Below are positions 25,301 through 40,300 of a DNA stretch of 64,000 nucleotides, in pieces. Numbering within the stretch: position 1 is the stretch's first letter; the number at the start of each line of letters is the position of its first letter. The stretch is taken from positions 1 through 64,000 of the forward strand of contig NW_014569529.1 in assembly GCF_000743755.1 (NCBI RefSeq), read 5' to 3'. Under the pieces are notes generated by a model, which was not told the DNA's origin, did no database searches, and saw only the letters and a list, made by a program, of their open reading frames with translations. The DNA comes from Blastocystis sp. subtype 4. Its lineage: Eukaryota. The translations under genes and the position numbers were made by a program.

Positions 25301-28300
25301 TATGGATCCTTTTGTGGAACCTTTCAATGCTACGAATAACGGTTTCTACATTACTCTTCCTTATCGTGAGGAAGAAGGTGCTGTGAACACTTACAATGTG
25401 TGTTATCAATTGAATCGTGAGCGTCGTATAGAGTTGGGAACTCTATCTGTGGTGAAAATGATGGATATTTACGTTGTCGGTAATAATGGTGAAAAGGGCA
25501 ACCTGATTCGTGGTATGTATCCTGAGCTTATTCGCTTTGAAATTAAAGGATATTCTAAGGACCTCGGCAATGGTCGTGTGATGTTCGTGGATGCTTCTTC
25601 TGAGGAATGTGATGAGTCAGCTGCTTTCACCATTTACTCGCGTGAGGGTAATGGTCCTTCAAAGGTTGTAGAAGCTAATGAACCATTGACAGTGGAAGTG
25701 AAGGCAGTGGATAATGTTGTTTCTGACGAGTACAAGGTGTGTTACAAGCATGGAGAGGAAGATCCTTATTTGATGTATCCTTTTGTCTTCAAGATGCTGT
25801 ATGCCAACACCATCACTGTTAGTCACGGTTCTTCTTCGTTGTTCGTGGAGAATCAACCTAAGAGTCTGTTGGTAAGTGGTCAGGGTCTGAACGAAGAGGA
25901 CATGGTCTATTTGACTGAGAACAATGAATGTACATCTGCTGAAGGTGCGGTAAAAAGTTTTACGATTGGAGAATTGCCTATGGATGTGGTGTTCTCGGAT
26001 GGAAAGGAGTATAACATGCTGCACGCTTGTCTGTTTTCGACAACCTACGACATCCATGTGATTCTGTTTATTGATATGGAAACTTGGAGACCGAGTGTGG
26101 CCATGAACCCTGTGTTGACTCCTGTGCAAGACTTGGGTGATCGTATTATATCCAACTCGACTACGGAGTTTATTGCAGAGGGAACCTTTGTCAAGGATGG
26201 AGATGTGGCAAAGTTGATTCCTGAGTGGGCTACTTGTGAGATCAATGCTGTGGGTCCTCTGGGCATTGTGACCAACAATCGCTTCACTGTGAAGTTCGAG
26301 GATCCTAATGATATGTTGCGTTCAGGTGTGCGTCTCTGTTACCGTTACGGATCGGAATTGTGGATCTCGTATCCTCGTGTATTCACACCTATCCGTCTGT
26401 TTTTGGAGATGGATAGTGATTCCAATAAAGCTGTTGTTGGTGTTAGTCAGACTTTCATATTCCGAAGTGAGTACTTGAGTGTTACGGACACGTACAAGTG
26501 GGTGAAGAGCAATGCTACTTCATGTGCTGATGACCTGTCGGATGCTGAAGGTTTCATTGAGCCTACTTCTCGTATCCTGACAAAGATTGGTGAAGGTGAG
26601 TTCCAGGATGTGGTGACCTTTACCAAGTCCTCCAAGGGTGTTGAGCTGTCTCTGTGCTGGAAGTTTACATCTGGTTCATTCTTCAAGTTGGATGACATCC
26701 ACTTGAACCTGTTGTCGATCGATAGTTTTACTGCTCAGTATGGTAGTGATCATGCTGTGTTTATGGATCTTCCTAAGACTTTCATTCTTGAGGGTTATGG
26801 TCAGTCTGAGAATGATACTCTTTTATTGGCTGCTGCTTCAGATGTGGAGTGCAATACAGTCCTTACTTACTTCCGTCTGAGTTCGCCCACTTCTGTGGAA
26901 GTGTTGCTGACTTCCTTCAGTGCTAGTGGCTTCGCCGTTTGTTACAATTTTGATGGAGAGGGTACTCAACCTCTGTCTCATTTGATTGACACTGTGTATG
27001 TCACGTTGTCCTATCCTGAGGGTCTGTTCCTCGATGAGACCTACAACTTCATGGTGACTGGAGGATCGGGCATTTCGAGTCAGGACACACTCAGCCTTGC
27101 TACTCAGATGAGTGATTGCTATGCAACGAATGTTGTTTCTTACCCTGTGAATGGAACTGTATTTGAGGTGATGTTAGATTCTGTGCCTGTGGCTAACGAG
27201 GGTAATTATCATCTCTGCTATTGCTTCAAGGATGATTGCTACTTCACTAACTACCAAACCTCCGTGTATCATATTTCAGACATTGCTTCGGATGAGGGTA
27301 AGGCTCATGGACTGGTGGTGGGTCTGGCGAAGACCTTTGTCGTGTCTGGAGTGAATGTGAAGGACGATGACCTTGTCATCTTCAAGTGTGATAATAGTAT
27401 CATGTCGTTCCCTGTGAAGGAGTCTCGGGTTGTTCCTGAGCTGACTCGTAACTTCGTTGCTACTTGTGAGGAAGTGACTGTGGAGTATTCGTTTGGTTCT
27501 CAGACACGTGCCTTCCCTCTGACCTATGATGTGAATGTGATTACCGATGTGGAGGAAGTGGTTGTTCTTGAGAATAAGAACACGACAATTCATCTCAGTG
27601 GTCATCCTGTTGCTGTGGGCGATTATGTGAAGTTGGTTGAGACTTCGTGTGACGAAGATGCGCCTGTGTTCATTGTTGAGGCTTCCGAAACATCGTTCTT
27701 CGTGAACGTGTTGTTGGAGACTGTGATGAGTAGCAGTATGAAGGTGTGTTATCAGTTCGATGGAGAAATCCGTTATGCTGATACTGGTTTCTCAGTCCTG
27801 TCGAAGGCTGTGTTTGTCTCACCGTTTGAGAAGAATGCTGTAGTTGTGGGTTCAATGCAGACTGTGGCTATCAGTGGCCAGGGTCTATCATTGGATGATA
27901 AGCTGATTGTTACTCCTAATGAGGATTGTTCTGAGGGTATGGAATTTGATGTAAACGAGGTTGATGGTATCTTCTCTTCTAATGTGACCATTCTTGAAGC
28001 TGCTCCTGTCTTGTACATGTGCTACAAGTTCCCTGGTCTGCCTGTGGTATCTCTTGATTACAAGTTCCGTGCTTCGACTATTAGTAGTATCTCATTGGAG
28101 CAGATTGTCAATCGTGCTCCTATGGAAATTGTGGTGGAGGGACCTGAAGCTGGTGATCGTATTGCTTTTGTTGCTGCTGGCGAGGATTGTGCTTCCTCTT
28201 CAGCGATTAAGGAACTGCCTGAGTCAATGACGGTGAACATTACGGTTATCTTCCCTGGAATGATTCCTAACATTGCTAGTGTGTGTTATGCTGTGAATAG

Positions 28301-31300
28301 CCAATGGGTGGTTCTGTTCCAGATGCCGGTGATTGGTCTGAGCAATATTATTCCTGAGACTATCGTTGCTGACAAGGAGTATACCTTCTTCGTGAACGCA
28401 ACGCATATTCGTGGTGACTGTGACGTGGACAAGCTGACATTCAATGAGAATTGGATTAATTATGGCTGTAACTACACAAACAACCTTTACACGGGCAGTT
28501 TGAATACAATCTTCTCAGATAACATGTCTGGTCCTGTACTCCTTGGTGGTATTGGTAGCAACAGTTGTAGTAATCGTCTGGGTCCGAATGGTAACTACAT
28601 TGTACTGGACTTCGGTCAATGCATGGATGTAACTAAGCTTGAGATCACTGCTGAAGATACAACGTCAGATGTGAAGACTCTGCGTGTGTACACAGCTGCG
28701 GACACCGAGTTGTTGTTCAATGAGGTATTGTTTGATGATAACGATAATCATGTATCTGTGGGTGTAAACACAAAGGAGTTGGACTTCTCAGGCCGTATGA
28801 TGAAGCTGGTATTTGTGGAGAATAATGGCCACCCAGTTTATACCACAGTGCGTAAGATTGCTCTCTTTGGTCGTCCTTGTACTTCTAATCCTGATTATGC
28901 TGTGAAGTATGTTGCTCCTGAAGATGCTTGTGAGACAGAAGCTGAGGAGTTCACCGTGTCTATGTGCTCGAAGCGTTTCACTCACACATTTAATAGCACT
29001 TATGATGAGAAGGTGGTGTGTTTCAAGCATCCTCTCTATCCTTACTATGTGAAGTATCCAGATATTGTGATGACAACGAAGTATATCACAGGCTTTAATG
29101 GAAGCAATCAGCTGGGTAGTGGCACTAGTCGTTACTTACAATTAAACGGTAAGGGTATTACTGCTGGAGACGAAGTGAAGTTCGTTCCTGAGGATCGTCC
29201 TTGTACCGATGATGCGACAGTGTTCTCTGTGATTGGTGATCATTCTGTGAAGGTATATGGCTTCAACGAGACTGGTAATTACACGTTGTGTTATCGTTTT
29301 GTGAACAGTATTGACTCGTTCATGCGCTATGATAACGTGACGTTAGAGGTGGTGAATGTTGCAGTCATCTCTGTCACTCCAAATGTAGCGATTGTGAATC
29401 AGGAAACTGTGATTCATTTCTCTGGCTCTGGTATTACGGAGTCGGATACATTCCGGTTTGTGACTTCAAGTCACTCATGTAATGATGAATCAATCTGTGA
29501 TGACGTCTATCAGGTGGATGCAGATGGTTCATTAATCTGTACTAAGCCCTATCTAGTAGATGCTGATGGTTATGCTACCGTGATGTTTACAAAGCCTCTC
29601 TCTTCTGGTAAGGTATGCTACAAGTTCGGTTTGTCGGATACCTATACAGATCTGGGCCTGTTGTTCGAGGTATATAAGGTGAATGCTATTAAGCCTTCTG
29701 CCTTTGTTTCTGAGATTCCTGAGGATGTGACGTTCTCTGGAGTGGGTATCACGATTCGGGATAAGTTTGCCTTTGTGGCGCATGGTGCTGATTGCAGTAC
29801 TGCCTCTCCCTCTAATACTTATGATCTGCGATCCTCAACTGTGGATGTTGTGGGTAAGGAAGTGACTCTGCATCGTCGTAATGTGACCTTGATTGCCTCT
29901 AGAGAGACTGTGATGGATGTGTGCTATACACTGTATGGTGTCGATGACCCCATTGTGCTTGGTTCCGTGACTGTGACTCCCAACGTTATTAGCATGTACA
30001 ACGAGGACAATCCTGATGATCTGTTCTACATCAGCAACAAGCCTACTTCGTTTATCGTCGAGGGACAGGGTGTAGGACGTGAGACAACAGAGAAGCTTCG
30101 TCTGTTGGCTCCTAGTTCTCTGAGCTGCGACGACTACCTCGTAGAAGTAGATGCTGCTCGTCAGATAGATGGACGCTCACGTGTTTCTGTCACTCTGAAT
30201 GTGGCTAATCAGGATTCTCTTGCCGTTTGTTACAGTTTTGTGAGCATTGGTTTCCGTCGCATGAGTGTGTTGATTCCTGTGCTGAAGGTGAATGTTGTAT
30301 ACAATGGTGATTCGGTCCTGTCTTCCGTGTACGTGGATTCGTACAATACTTTCTCTGTCGATGGTTACAATCTGCAGACTGGTGATTTGATGAAGTTTGT
30401 AGATCGTCTGGGTCAGTCTCAGTATTCTTGCTCGAGTTCTGGCAATGCTCTTCATGGACAGCCTCCTGTGAACATGACATTGATGGCTTCGGGCCGTACT
30501 CAAGGAATCTTCAGATACACCGAGCCTGGTCTGAATCTGGCTCTCTGTTATTACTTCGCTTCTCATAACATGTATGTCCTGTTCAGTGATATCCAGTTGG
30601 ATGTGATCGATGTGGCGTATGAGAGTGAGGATGTAGCCATTGTGGGTGAGACATACACCATGGAGTTTAGTGGTGTGGGTCAACAGGTGGGAGATCAGGT
30701 GATGTGGATCACTGATGATGCCCAAGGCTGCCATCCTTCTTCTCCTTATGTTGTGACTGATGTGAAGTATCTGGATGAGTACAAGCGTGTGGACTTTGTG
30801 TTTACTTCGACCTACAGAAACTTGCACTTATGTGTGAAGACATCTGATCAGCCATGGGCTCTCTTGACGGAGTATCGTCTCGATGTTTTGGGAGTGACTT
30901 CTGCGAGTATACCTGATTATGCCAGCTGGCAGAACCAGACTGTGACCAGAATTATGGCTCATGCTCCTACTACCATGGAATTCAATGATAGTGATGAGGG
31001 AGATAAGGCGAAGTTCATTCCTGCTGACAGTAATTGTAATGGTGACATGGGCAAGTGCGGAGTGATGAACGTGTCTGTAAACAATACAATAACTGTTAAG
31101 TGTCCTGCTGTGGAGAAGGTGGTTCTCTGCTACTATTTCGGTCGTGCTCATATGTGGAAGAAGTATCCAGAATGGGCTTTGACGGTTCAAGGACCTACTT
31201 CAATGTCTACAAATCTGAATGTGGTAGATGATGATATGGTAGCTTCGATTACTTTGTCTGGAGTGAATGTGACTGGTGACTGCCGTCGTAGTCCTGCTTC

Positions 31301-34300
31301 TGAAGATGCTCAATTTATGGAGAGTTTAACAGTGGAAACCAACGATCCTGCTATTTCAGAGAGCATGATCAAGGCTGCTATGGTTAATACTCAGTATGGA
31401 ATCTCTTCAGAGATTGGTCATCCTTTCAATATTACCTTCTCTGCCCCTTCGGATTTCTCTATACAGTCATTCCATATCCTTGCTCCAGTAAGTGATATTT
31501 CTCCTCGGAACATTGAAGTCTATCGTATGCAGAACAATGCCTGGGTCCTTGCCTTCCAATGGGTGAATTCTTACGATGATGCAGGTACTACGATCCCTGG
31601 AGGTGATGATTCGTTCCATGGAACTTCCAATAAGTGGATGCTTACGATTGTGGATACATATCTGACTACAGCATCAGAGTATAATGATGATCTGGAGAAT
31701 TTCACCTACTTCACTGGAATCAAGATGTATTTGTCTTCAGCAGGGGCTCGTGAGTATGTTGCTGTTAAGTTTGTGGAAGCTTCTGCAGACTGCTCTGATC
31801 TGAATGAATCTGCGATGCTTGATCCTGTGTCACATGAAACATTGCGTAGTGTTCCTATGAACTCGTGTTCGGGTCTGTTGAATGCTTTCACAGTGGAAGA
31901 CTACTCGAAGCAGTACAAGTTGTGCTATCAGCAGGCTAATGCTCCTGAGGGTTACAAGGGTTTCTTCTCCTATGATGATATGGTTCTATCCATTCGTCAT
32001 ACGTTGGTATCTTCGACTGGTAATGCTACCTACGCCATTGCCAATTATCCTAAGACCTTAGTGTTAACTCCTTCTGACAATGCTGTCGTATCTGAAGTCT
32101 TGTTTGTTCCTGATGCTGGAGCTTGTGAGGTTCCTGATGCTTGTGAGGAGTCATCTGGGTCTAGATGTCCTTTCCCGGTGAGCAATAATCGTGTGACAGT
32201 TACCTTCACAAACGAGGATGATAACATGCGTCTGTGTGTGAAGTACAGTGGCGAGAACTTCTTTGAGCCTCAAAGATTCAATATGATAGTTGATGTGTTG
32301 TCAGTCTCATCCTTTGCTCCTGCTTGGACTGTGTATGAGCCTTATACTCTGACTGTGACGGCTCGACACTTGAATCCTGACAACTATATTGTGTCGGATG
32401 ATCCTTCGGTGATGGAACATACGCATCTGGTGAATAATGTGGCTACCTTCAACTTCACAGGTGCTCGTCGCAATGTGGCGTTGTTCATGTACGTGGTGGA
32501 GTTGGAGGAAGAGGTTCCTTTGTATGAAGATTCCACTGCTGTGAAGGTGGATGTGTTTAGCTTCGGTTCTCTCTCTCGTAGTAACTTCCTGGTGAGCAAG
32601 ACTTATTCTAGCGTGGAGATTTTGGATTCTGTTGGAGTAGTTGGTAATACAAAGGCTCTTCTGTGTGCGGAGGATTGTAAGCAATATGATATTATCAGGG
32701 AGAATGACAAGTTGTATTTGAACTTCGGTAAGTTCGAGACAGCGAATACGTACGATCTCTACTACATCTTCCCTGAGGTGCGTTCTACCGAAATCGATGT
32801 GGGTATTCAGGTAGTTGTGAATGATATGGGTGAGTTTGTGCTCACTCCTTCTACTTTCTTCGTTGCGGGTGAGATAATCTCGGTGTCTGGACCTGGTGTG
32901 GATGCTGGTGATAGGGTCTATATGAGTTTCACGAACTCTACGGAGGGAGTTGAACCTCTTTCTGTGGAGCGTGTGGATGATAATGTGCAATTTGATACAT
33001 CTAAGATGAACTTCACAGAGGATACTGTTTATGTGTTCTATGAGTTCTACAGTGATGATTCGTTACACAAGAAGGTGTTTGTGACTGAGATGACCGTGTT
33101 GTCGGCTAGTCTCAACTATGCTGCTACTGCTATGGTCACTGAGTATCCTTACTATGTAACTGTATCCGGTCTCTCTCTCCAGCAGAATGATACGATTGTT
33201 CTGGCTCAATCATGTTCGGCTTTGAAGGAGGAAGAGGTGGATACATTGGATGAATTCCAGTTGAAAGATGGAATGTATCGTATGGTGTTCACCTCTTCAT
33301 ATGGAGGTGCGGAGCGTCAGTTGTGCTACTACTTCACTAATTTCGATACCTACGTGCCTTTGAAGACTATCACCATCTCCGATGTGAATGTGTACACGGC
33401 TTCTAGCTATTACTACGCAACCACGAACGAGGTATTGGAGATTGAGTTGTTGGGTGATTTCCCTGGTAGTTCTCAGAACCGTATTGCTCTGCTGTTGTCG
33501 AACTCTCCTTCGTGCGATGAGCATGTGATCAATTATGTAACAACAAACGAGAACATCTTTGTGTTCTATGTGCAAGATTTTACATATTGGGAGTATTATG
33601 TGTGCATCCGCTGGGACGAGGGTTCAACTCCGCGTGTGATTAGTGATACGAGAGTATTGGTTAAGGAGATTGAGAATGTGGGTATGTCTGTTGGAATTGT
33701 GGGTCAAAACGATGTGGTGACTGTGAGTGGTATTGGTCTGAACAGTGGAGATCAGGTACTGTTCGCTATGGACTTCTGTACAAGCCCCATTCATAATGGT
33801 CCTTTCACAGTGAAGAAGTTCCAGGACTTCTACTTCGAGCCCACTTGGAATATGAGTTCTAATCGGCCGTTCTCTCTCTGCTACCAATTCAAGGGAAGCA
33901 ACAAGTTTGTGTTGATTAGTAACATCACTAGATACATCATTGCCGTTGAGGAGATGCAGCCTACAGTAACACGTCGTGGTATTGAGGAGACTGTTTCTAT
34001 GATTGCAAATGTGGTGCCTGAGAATTCGGCTTTGTATGTAGCTACCAGTTGTCAGGAGGATATCAAGGAGTTGTTGGATATGAGCAATACGAATACGATG
34101 TTCAGTTTCACTCATATTTTCAATGAGACTGGTAGTTATGAGATTTGCTTGTCTCTGGATGATAATTACTTCACGAGATTGAGTCAGTTTGTCGTTGTTG
34201 ACATCGAGTCCTTGTCTATAGACCGTTGGGTAGCTGGATTGCCTCTCCCTTCGGCATTGGTGTCTTCGATGAATGTGACTGGATATATTGTAAACGGTTC

Positions 34301-37300
34301 GAACGTGACGTTTGTTACCTCCTCATGTGATGAGGAGACGGAGCAATTCCCGATTCGTGAGGATTTGAGCATTGATGCTTTGATTCCGTTCCCGACAGCA
34401 GGTATATACAAGTTATGTTTGGTGTCTCCTGGTACCACTCGCATGTTCTTGTATGATGAGTTGACTGTAAATGTATTGTCCATGACAGTGACCTCTACAA
34501 ATTCAACCATTTATCAGTTCATTAACAATAAGAAATCGGTGTCTCTGCATGTGGATGTGTCTGCTGAGGACTTGGTTCCTATTGATGTGTTTGTGGCTAC
34601 TTCGAGCAGCTGTACGGAAAAAGTGGATATTGTGAACTCCACGGTAACCATAGAGAAGTCAGGTAATGTCGAGTTCAAGTTTGAACATGGTTATGATGAT
34701 GAGTTGACAGTGTGTTATACTTATGCCAATGAGGTGGCTATGCCTGTTGGAACAGTGCTGCATCTGTATTCAGTACACTTCGATCCCGCCACATGGAGAC
34801 CATTCTACGGTCTTGCTTATCATGTGACAGGCGTGGATATTTACACTCCTTATGAAGAGAGTGTGAGAGTTATATGGATTTCTCGTAATGATACATGTGA
34901 TAGTATACAGGGAAGAGATGGAGATAACCTGAGTTCGATGGAGGAGGTTACGTTCACACAAGAGGGCGAATTGGTGGCTTGTGTTTCCTTCCGTAAGAAT
35001 AATGGTGTAGCAAGCTATGAAAGTGTTTCTTACACTGATCATCATGTAGTCATGTACAACAAGGTGAGTGTATCAATTGAGGCGGATAGGCGTCTGGTGG
35101 CCAATAAGCAGTTCGTGATGACATTGGTGTCGTCACAGTACAACCTTATTGACAAGGTGTGGTGGCGCAATAGTGCTGGTGAAACGACAGAGAAGCGGTC
35201 TCTGTTTGATGGAAAGGCTCCATTTGTGATTCCATCTGCTGGTGAGTGGTGGGTAGTCGTGCAGTATGTGGGTGAGATTCCTGCTGACTACGAGAACGAT
35301 GAAACCATGACACGCAAGGTGTCGACAGTGACCATGCTGGATGTATTGTACTGGATTAAGGGTTTGAACATCACTACATCGGAAGCTATCAAGACAACCA
35401 ATCTGGAGGTGCGTGGTGAGTATCTGGAGAATGGCGATTTGCTTGCGTTGAGTCCTTGTGACCAGCCATGTGAGTCTTCTGATCTGGCTCCCTTCACTTA
35501 CTCTGTCAGTGGCACTGCAACGAATGTTATGACCACAGAATCTGTGAGGACCGATAATCTGCAAGAAGAGAACTGTGTGTGTTTCCGTTTCGGTGAGAAC
35601 AACTGGATGAAGTATGAGAATCTGAAGTTGTACATTCCTAAAGAGGATACGGTGATTAGCAAGGCAACCAAGGCTTACATGCTTCCTAGTTCCTCTCTGT
35701 ATCGTCGTCTGGATGATAATAGCGTGCTTACACGTGTGGATGTGGAGTTGATGGGTCATGTGCAATTACTGCACAACAGTAATGCCTTTATCGTCCGTAC
35801 TTCTGAGGAGTGTTCTGCAGAGACTGCTGTTGATAAGGAAATAAGCGTAGAGACCATGATGGATCAGTACGGTTCTGCTCATGTGTCTATGAACTATGAG
35901 ATTGTGGGCGAGCCTGAGACTACATACAAGCTGTGTTATAAGGTCGGTGATCGTTCGGTGGTAACTGTACCTGTGGAGGTAGCGTACAAGAAGATCTCGG
36001 CTTCGAATGTGACCGTCCTTCGTGGTGCTCCTTTCACTTTCACCATAGATTCTGATTCGATTGGTTTTTCAGATGGTGATGAGGCGTTCTGGTCATTGGG
36101 TACCGACTGCAATAGTCCTATTACAGAGACGGCTTCTCTGAGCGGTGGTGTCTTCAGCTGGAGTGGTGTGTCTGATTTCGTAATGGAGAATGGACATCTG
36201 TGTCTGAAGTTTGTGGACACCTCAATCTTCGCTCCTATAAGCAATGTACTTCTGGAAGTCGTGGGTACAGAGGATAAGTCGATGGATTTGGTGGTTGATG
36301 TTACGCAGCCTCGTGTCGAGTCGTTAGCAATTCATGGAACTGTGGAGTGGATGCAGACGGTGAACTACGATGGTGATCACTCGGAGCCTCTAGATACGAT
36401 TCTGTGTGCTGATGGCCAATGTACCTTCCCTGTGAAGGAGGCTTATCGTAGTGATTCAATCTCACGCTTGGGTCTGATGATTAAGTTCCATGAGCTTCCG
36501 GAGCCTTCGTTCATCCCTCAAGTGGAGATTACACTTCGTCACCACCCTGTTGTTCTGACTACCAAGATGTATCACGGTAAGGAGCATATTCTGGAGTTGG
36601 AGTCGAGTGTGTTCCGTGAGTCAGAGACTATAACCATTATGCACGATGGTCAGAAGGTGTATTCAGATCTTGTTTTGGACCATCTGTATGAGAATAAGGC
36701 TCGTGCCACTGTGGTTCTGTCGGCAGGTCCTGGAGAATACTATGTGATTTACAACTACGAGTCTGTATACTGTGATGATTTGATCGACGTGCAGATTGAT
36801 ACAATTGATGTGATCCTGGTGAATAGTGTCGAGTCTACAATTGTGTCGGAGTATCAGGAGACGACCTTCCGTCTGGACACTTCGGCACTTATTCCTTCCT
36901 ATGAATCAGATCGTGTGTTATTGTGTAATATGGGTTGTGCTTGCGAGACAATTTATGCTACAGGTGAGATCTACAGTGAGAATCAGATTGGTGTTGTGAT
37001 CCCTGCCTACTTCACGAAACTACAGTTGACTACAACTCCTGTGTACAGCCAATTGGCTGTATGCTACAGGATGGGTCAGTCATTGCCTGTGGACACGGGC
37101 TTGGTGATGACAGTTCTGAAGATCAATTCATTCGAATTGTCTGAGGTGCCTGAGGGCGTAAGGATTGAGAATGTGCCTATTATTGGTTCGGGTGTGGGCT
37201 ATGGAGACAAGTTACTTATGGTGCCGGATTCGAGCTGTGCTGGTATCGAGTCTATCGAGGCTACGGTGGTGTACACGAATAAGTATGTTGCTCGTCTGTT

Positions 37301-40300
37301 CGAGGCTCCTATGCTTCCTGCAACTTGTCAGTCGGCCACACTCAACGTGTTCTACGTGCCAACGAGCACAGGTGAGCCTATTGATCTTCACCAGACTATT
37401 ACGGTTATGCGTGTGATGATGACTGCTTCAGTGGAGTCTGGATACAACTTGTTCGGCAAGGTAGAAATGACCTTCAACGTGCAGGGTACAACAAATCTCC
37501 AGGAAATGATATTCTTCTTCAAGTATGCTGATGAATCGGATACAACGGCTTATCGATGCTTGACACGTCCTGAGAAGACCAACAGTACTGTGCCCATTAC
37601 TTGCACTTTCGTGTCGGTGCCAACTTCAGGTGTGATGCGTATGATGTTCCGATTCGTAAGTGTGAGCAACTCGGAGTCAGTGTGGATGGATATTGATCGA
37701 CCTGTAACAGGTGGAGATGTGTACATTGCTGATTTCCCTGCTGAGTCTCGTACAGGTGTGCAATTTGAGAAGGTGAATCCTTTCTATTCCAAGGACCTTG
37801 CTGCTGTGGATATCAACTTTGTGAATGAAAAAGATGTGACGGTTGCTACCTACACCAGTTCAATCAACGAGCTTGAATTTATTCGTCCTGTTGAAGAGAC
37901 GGAGGTGAAGGCTCTGGCTACGTATGGTGTCTTCCATGGACCTTTGACCGGTGTTACTGTGCATGTCTGTGGTCTGAAGGCGATGAATACAACAGTTCCT
38001 TCCATTCTAACCACTGTGGAGACAGTATTCTCGCTGACTATGGTGTATGATGATGATGATACCCTTGCTAATATTACACGAGTTGGTTTCTCGACCTCTA
38101 CGGACTGTACAACAGTGTTGTATGCGAATAAAGCCGACTCGACAGTGGCCGTGACCTTCGAAGAGAGTTACAGTCGTCTGTACGTGTGTGTGGATTACGG
38201 AACTGGTTTCGGTTATTCATTGCTGCCTTATATCACGGTTCTTGAGTTCCGCAATGCAATCACTGTGGTGGCAAAGGAGGAGACCCGTGTGAATTATCAG
38301 TACTTGACTGTTTCTCCTAGTGAGAGCTGTGAGTTGACTCAGTTAACGGATATAACAGTGAACAATGGATGTGATTGGGTGTCATCAATTTTCGTGGGTG
38401 ATGCTGCTCTGGTGATTGATGGTAAGCAGTCTACTTCGTTGGTGTTTGGTGCGAATATTGATTACAACCCTGAGTGTAACCGTCCTATTGATGGTAAGAA
38501 TCAGTGGATGGTGTTCGACTTCGGTACCTGTTACCATGTGAAGGGTGTGGAGATGTATTTGTTGGGTATTGAGACGGATCCTCGCTTTGTGGTCCTGGAG
38601 AGTAGTGATGTGTTAAGTGCAGAGGATGAAGCTTGGAGTCTGGCTGCAACCGTGGAAATTGTGAACACACGTGCTGGTTGGTACTCTCTGGGTAACTTTG
38701 CTGTATCTGGTCGTTACCTGCGTATGCGTTTCGTTGATAGCACATCTCCTTTCATTATTATAAGTGAGGTACGTTTCACAGGTGTTGCTTGTAATGACGC
38801 TTCGGCTGATATTCATGTAAAGTGGGTGAAGTATGGTACGGGAGCTCTGGACTGCAGTGATCCTGGATATGACTACATAATTAAGGATTGCACTCGTACT
38901 GGTATTGTGAATATTAGTGAGGTGGGAGAGTATGGTCTGTGCCGGTATGATGAGGACTGGTCTCCTGTATACAACTTCAATATGACTGTGGTAGGTATTG
39001 ATGCTGTGAGCAATGCTCATAATCTGCCTGTGGGTGCAGTACGTACTGTGACATTGAGTGGTTTTGGTATTCAGGATGGTGATAAGATCACTTTCGTGTC
39101 TGAGTCTGCTGACTGCTCGAGTGTAGCAAGCTCAAGTGAAAACGTATTCACGGTTACGAATCAGACTGCTGAGATGACCTTCAATGCGGTTCCTGGTATG
39201 TACAAGTTCTGTTATCAGTTCCTTGGAATGCCGTTCAAGAGCACTCTGGTGGAGTCCTTCTCTCTGGTCGCTCCAGGTTCTATCGAGCTGAGTACAAGTG
39301 AGTTGATCAATCGCAACCTGAACACGATCGTGGTAACTGGAAATGGTGTGTCTGAGAATGATATGATTGCTTTTACAGCTGGTTTGTGCTCAGAGGCTAC
39401 TCCTATACCAATCACACGTATTCATAATGAGTATGGTATTCAGATGATGGTATTCCCTGAGACGGGTATGGGTATCCATGTGTGTTACAAGTATGGCGGT
39501 CTGGAGTGGATGATGCTGACTACGACTGTGAATATTCGTGAGGTATACAGTCTGGACGTGGACAAGTTGCCTTTGGATCTGGTGGCGAAACTGACGTTGT
39601 CTGGAGTGGGTCTGACAACTGAGGATAAGCTGTGTTTGATGAACAGTGAGTCAGTGTGTTCATACTGCGAACAAGAGATCTTTGCTGGTCGTGTGTTCTC
39701 TGTACAGGGTGAGACGACCTTGTTCTCTATGGTGCATATGACTTCCCAGGTTACTGTGCGCATGTGTTACAAGTACGCTTCTTATCAGAACTTCGTAGCT
39801 ATTGGTGATGTAGTGATGACAGTGGTGCCACCTGCATTGAACTCTATTTTACCTACTCGTATTGTGGGTAATGTGGCGAATACCATTTCGTTCACAGGTG
39901 ATTTCATGGGTGGTGAGATTCTGAGTGGCAATGTGGAGGCTGTGTTGACCACGTCGGATGTAAACTGTTACATTGATCGTGTGACTCTGGCTAATGGTGA
40001 TGTTGTGTTCCCTCTAGTGGCCTTGGAGGATGGTTACGGAGCAACCCTGTCATTCGTGATGGAGGAGCTTCCTCCTCTCCATATATGTCTGCGTTATCCT
40101 AGTCGTGAGAATTTTGAGATGCAGTCAGCGACTCTGGATGTAGTGATGGTGCATGATATGGAACCTAGCTACGTGCCTCTGAATACCTATGCAATTATGT
40201 TTGTGTCGACTTATTGTTCTCGTCCTACGGATAATGTTAAGTTCGTGCCTGTGGATGCTTCTTGCGATGCTGCTTATCCTGAGTACTTGGTGGGTAACCA

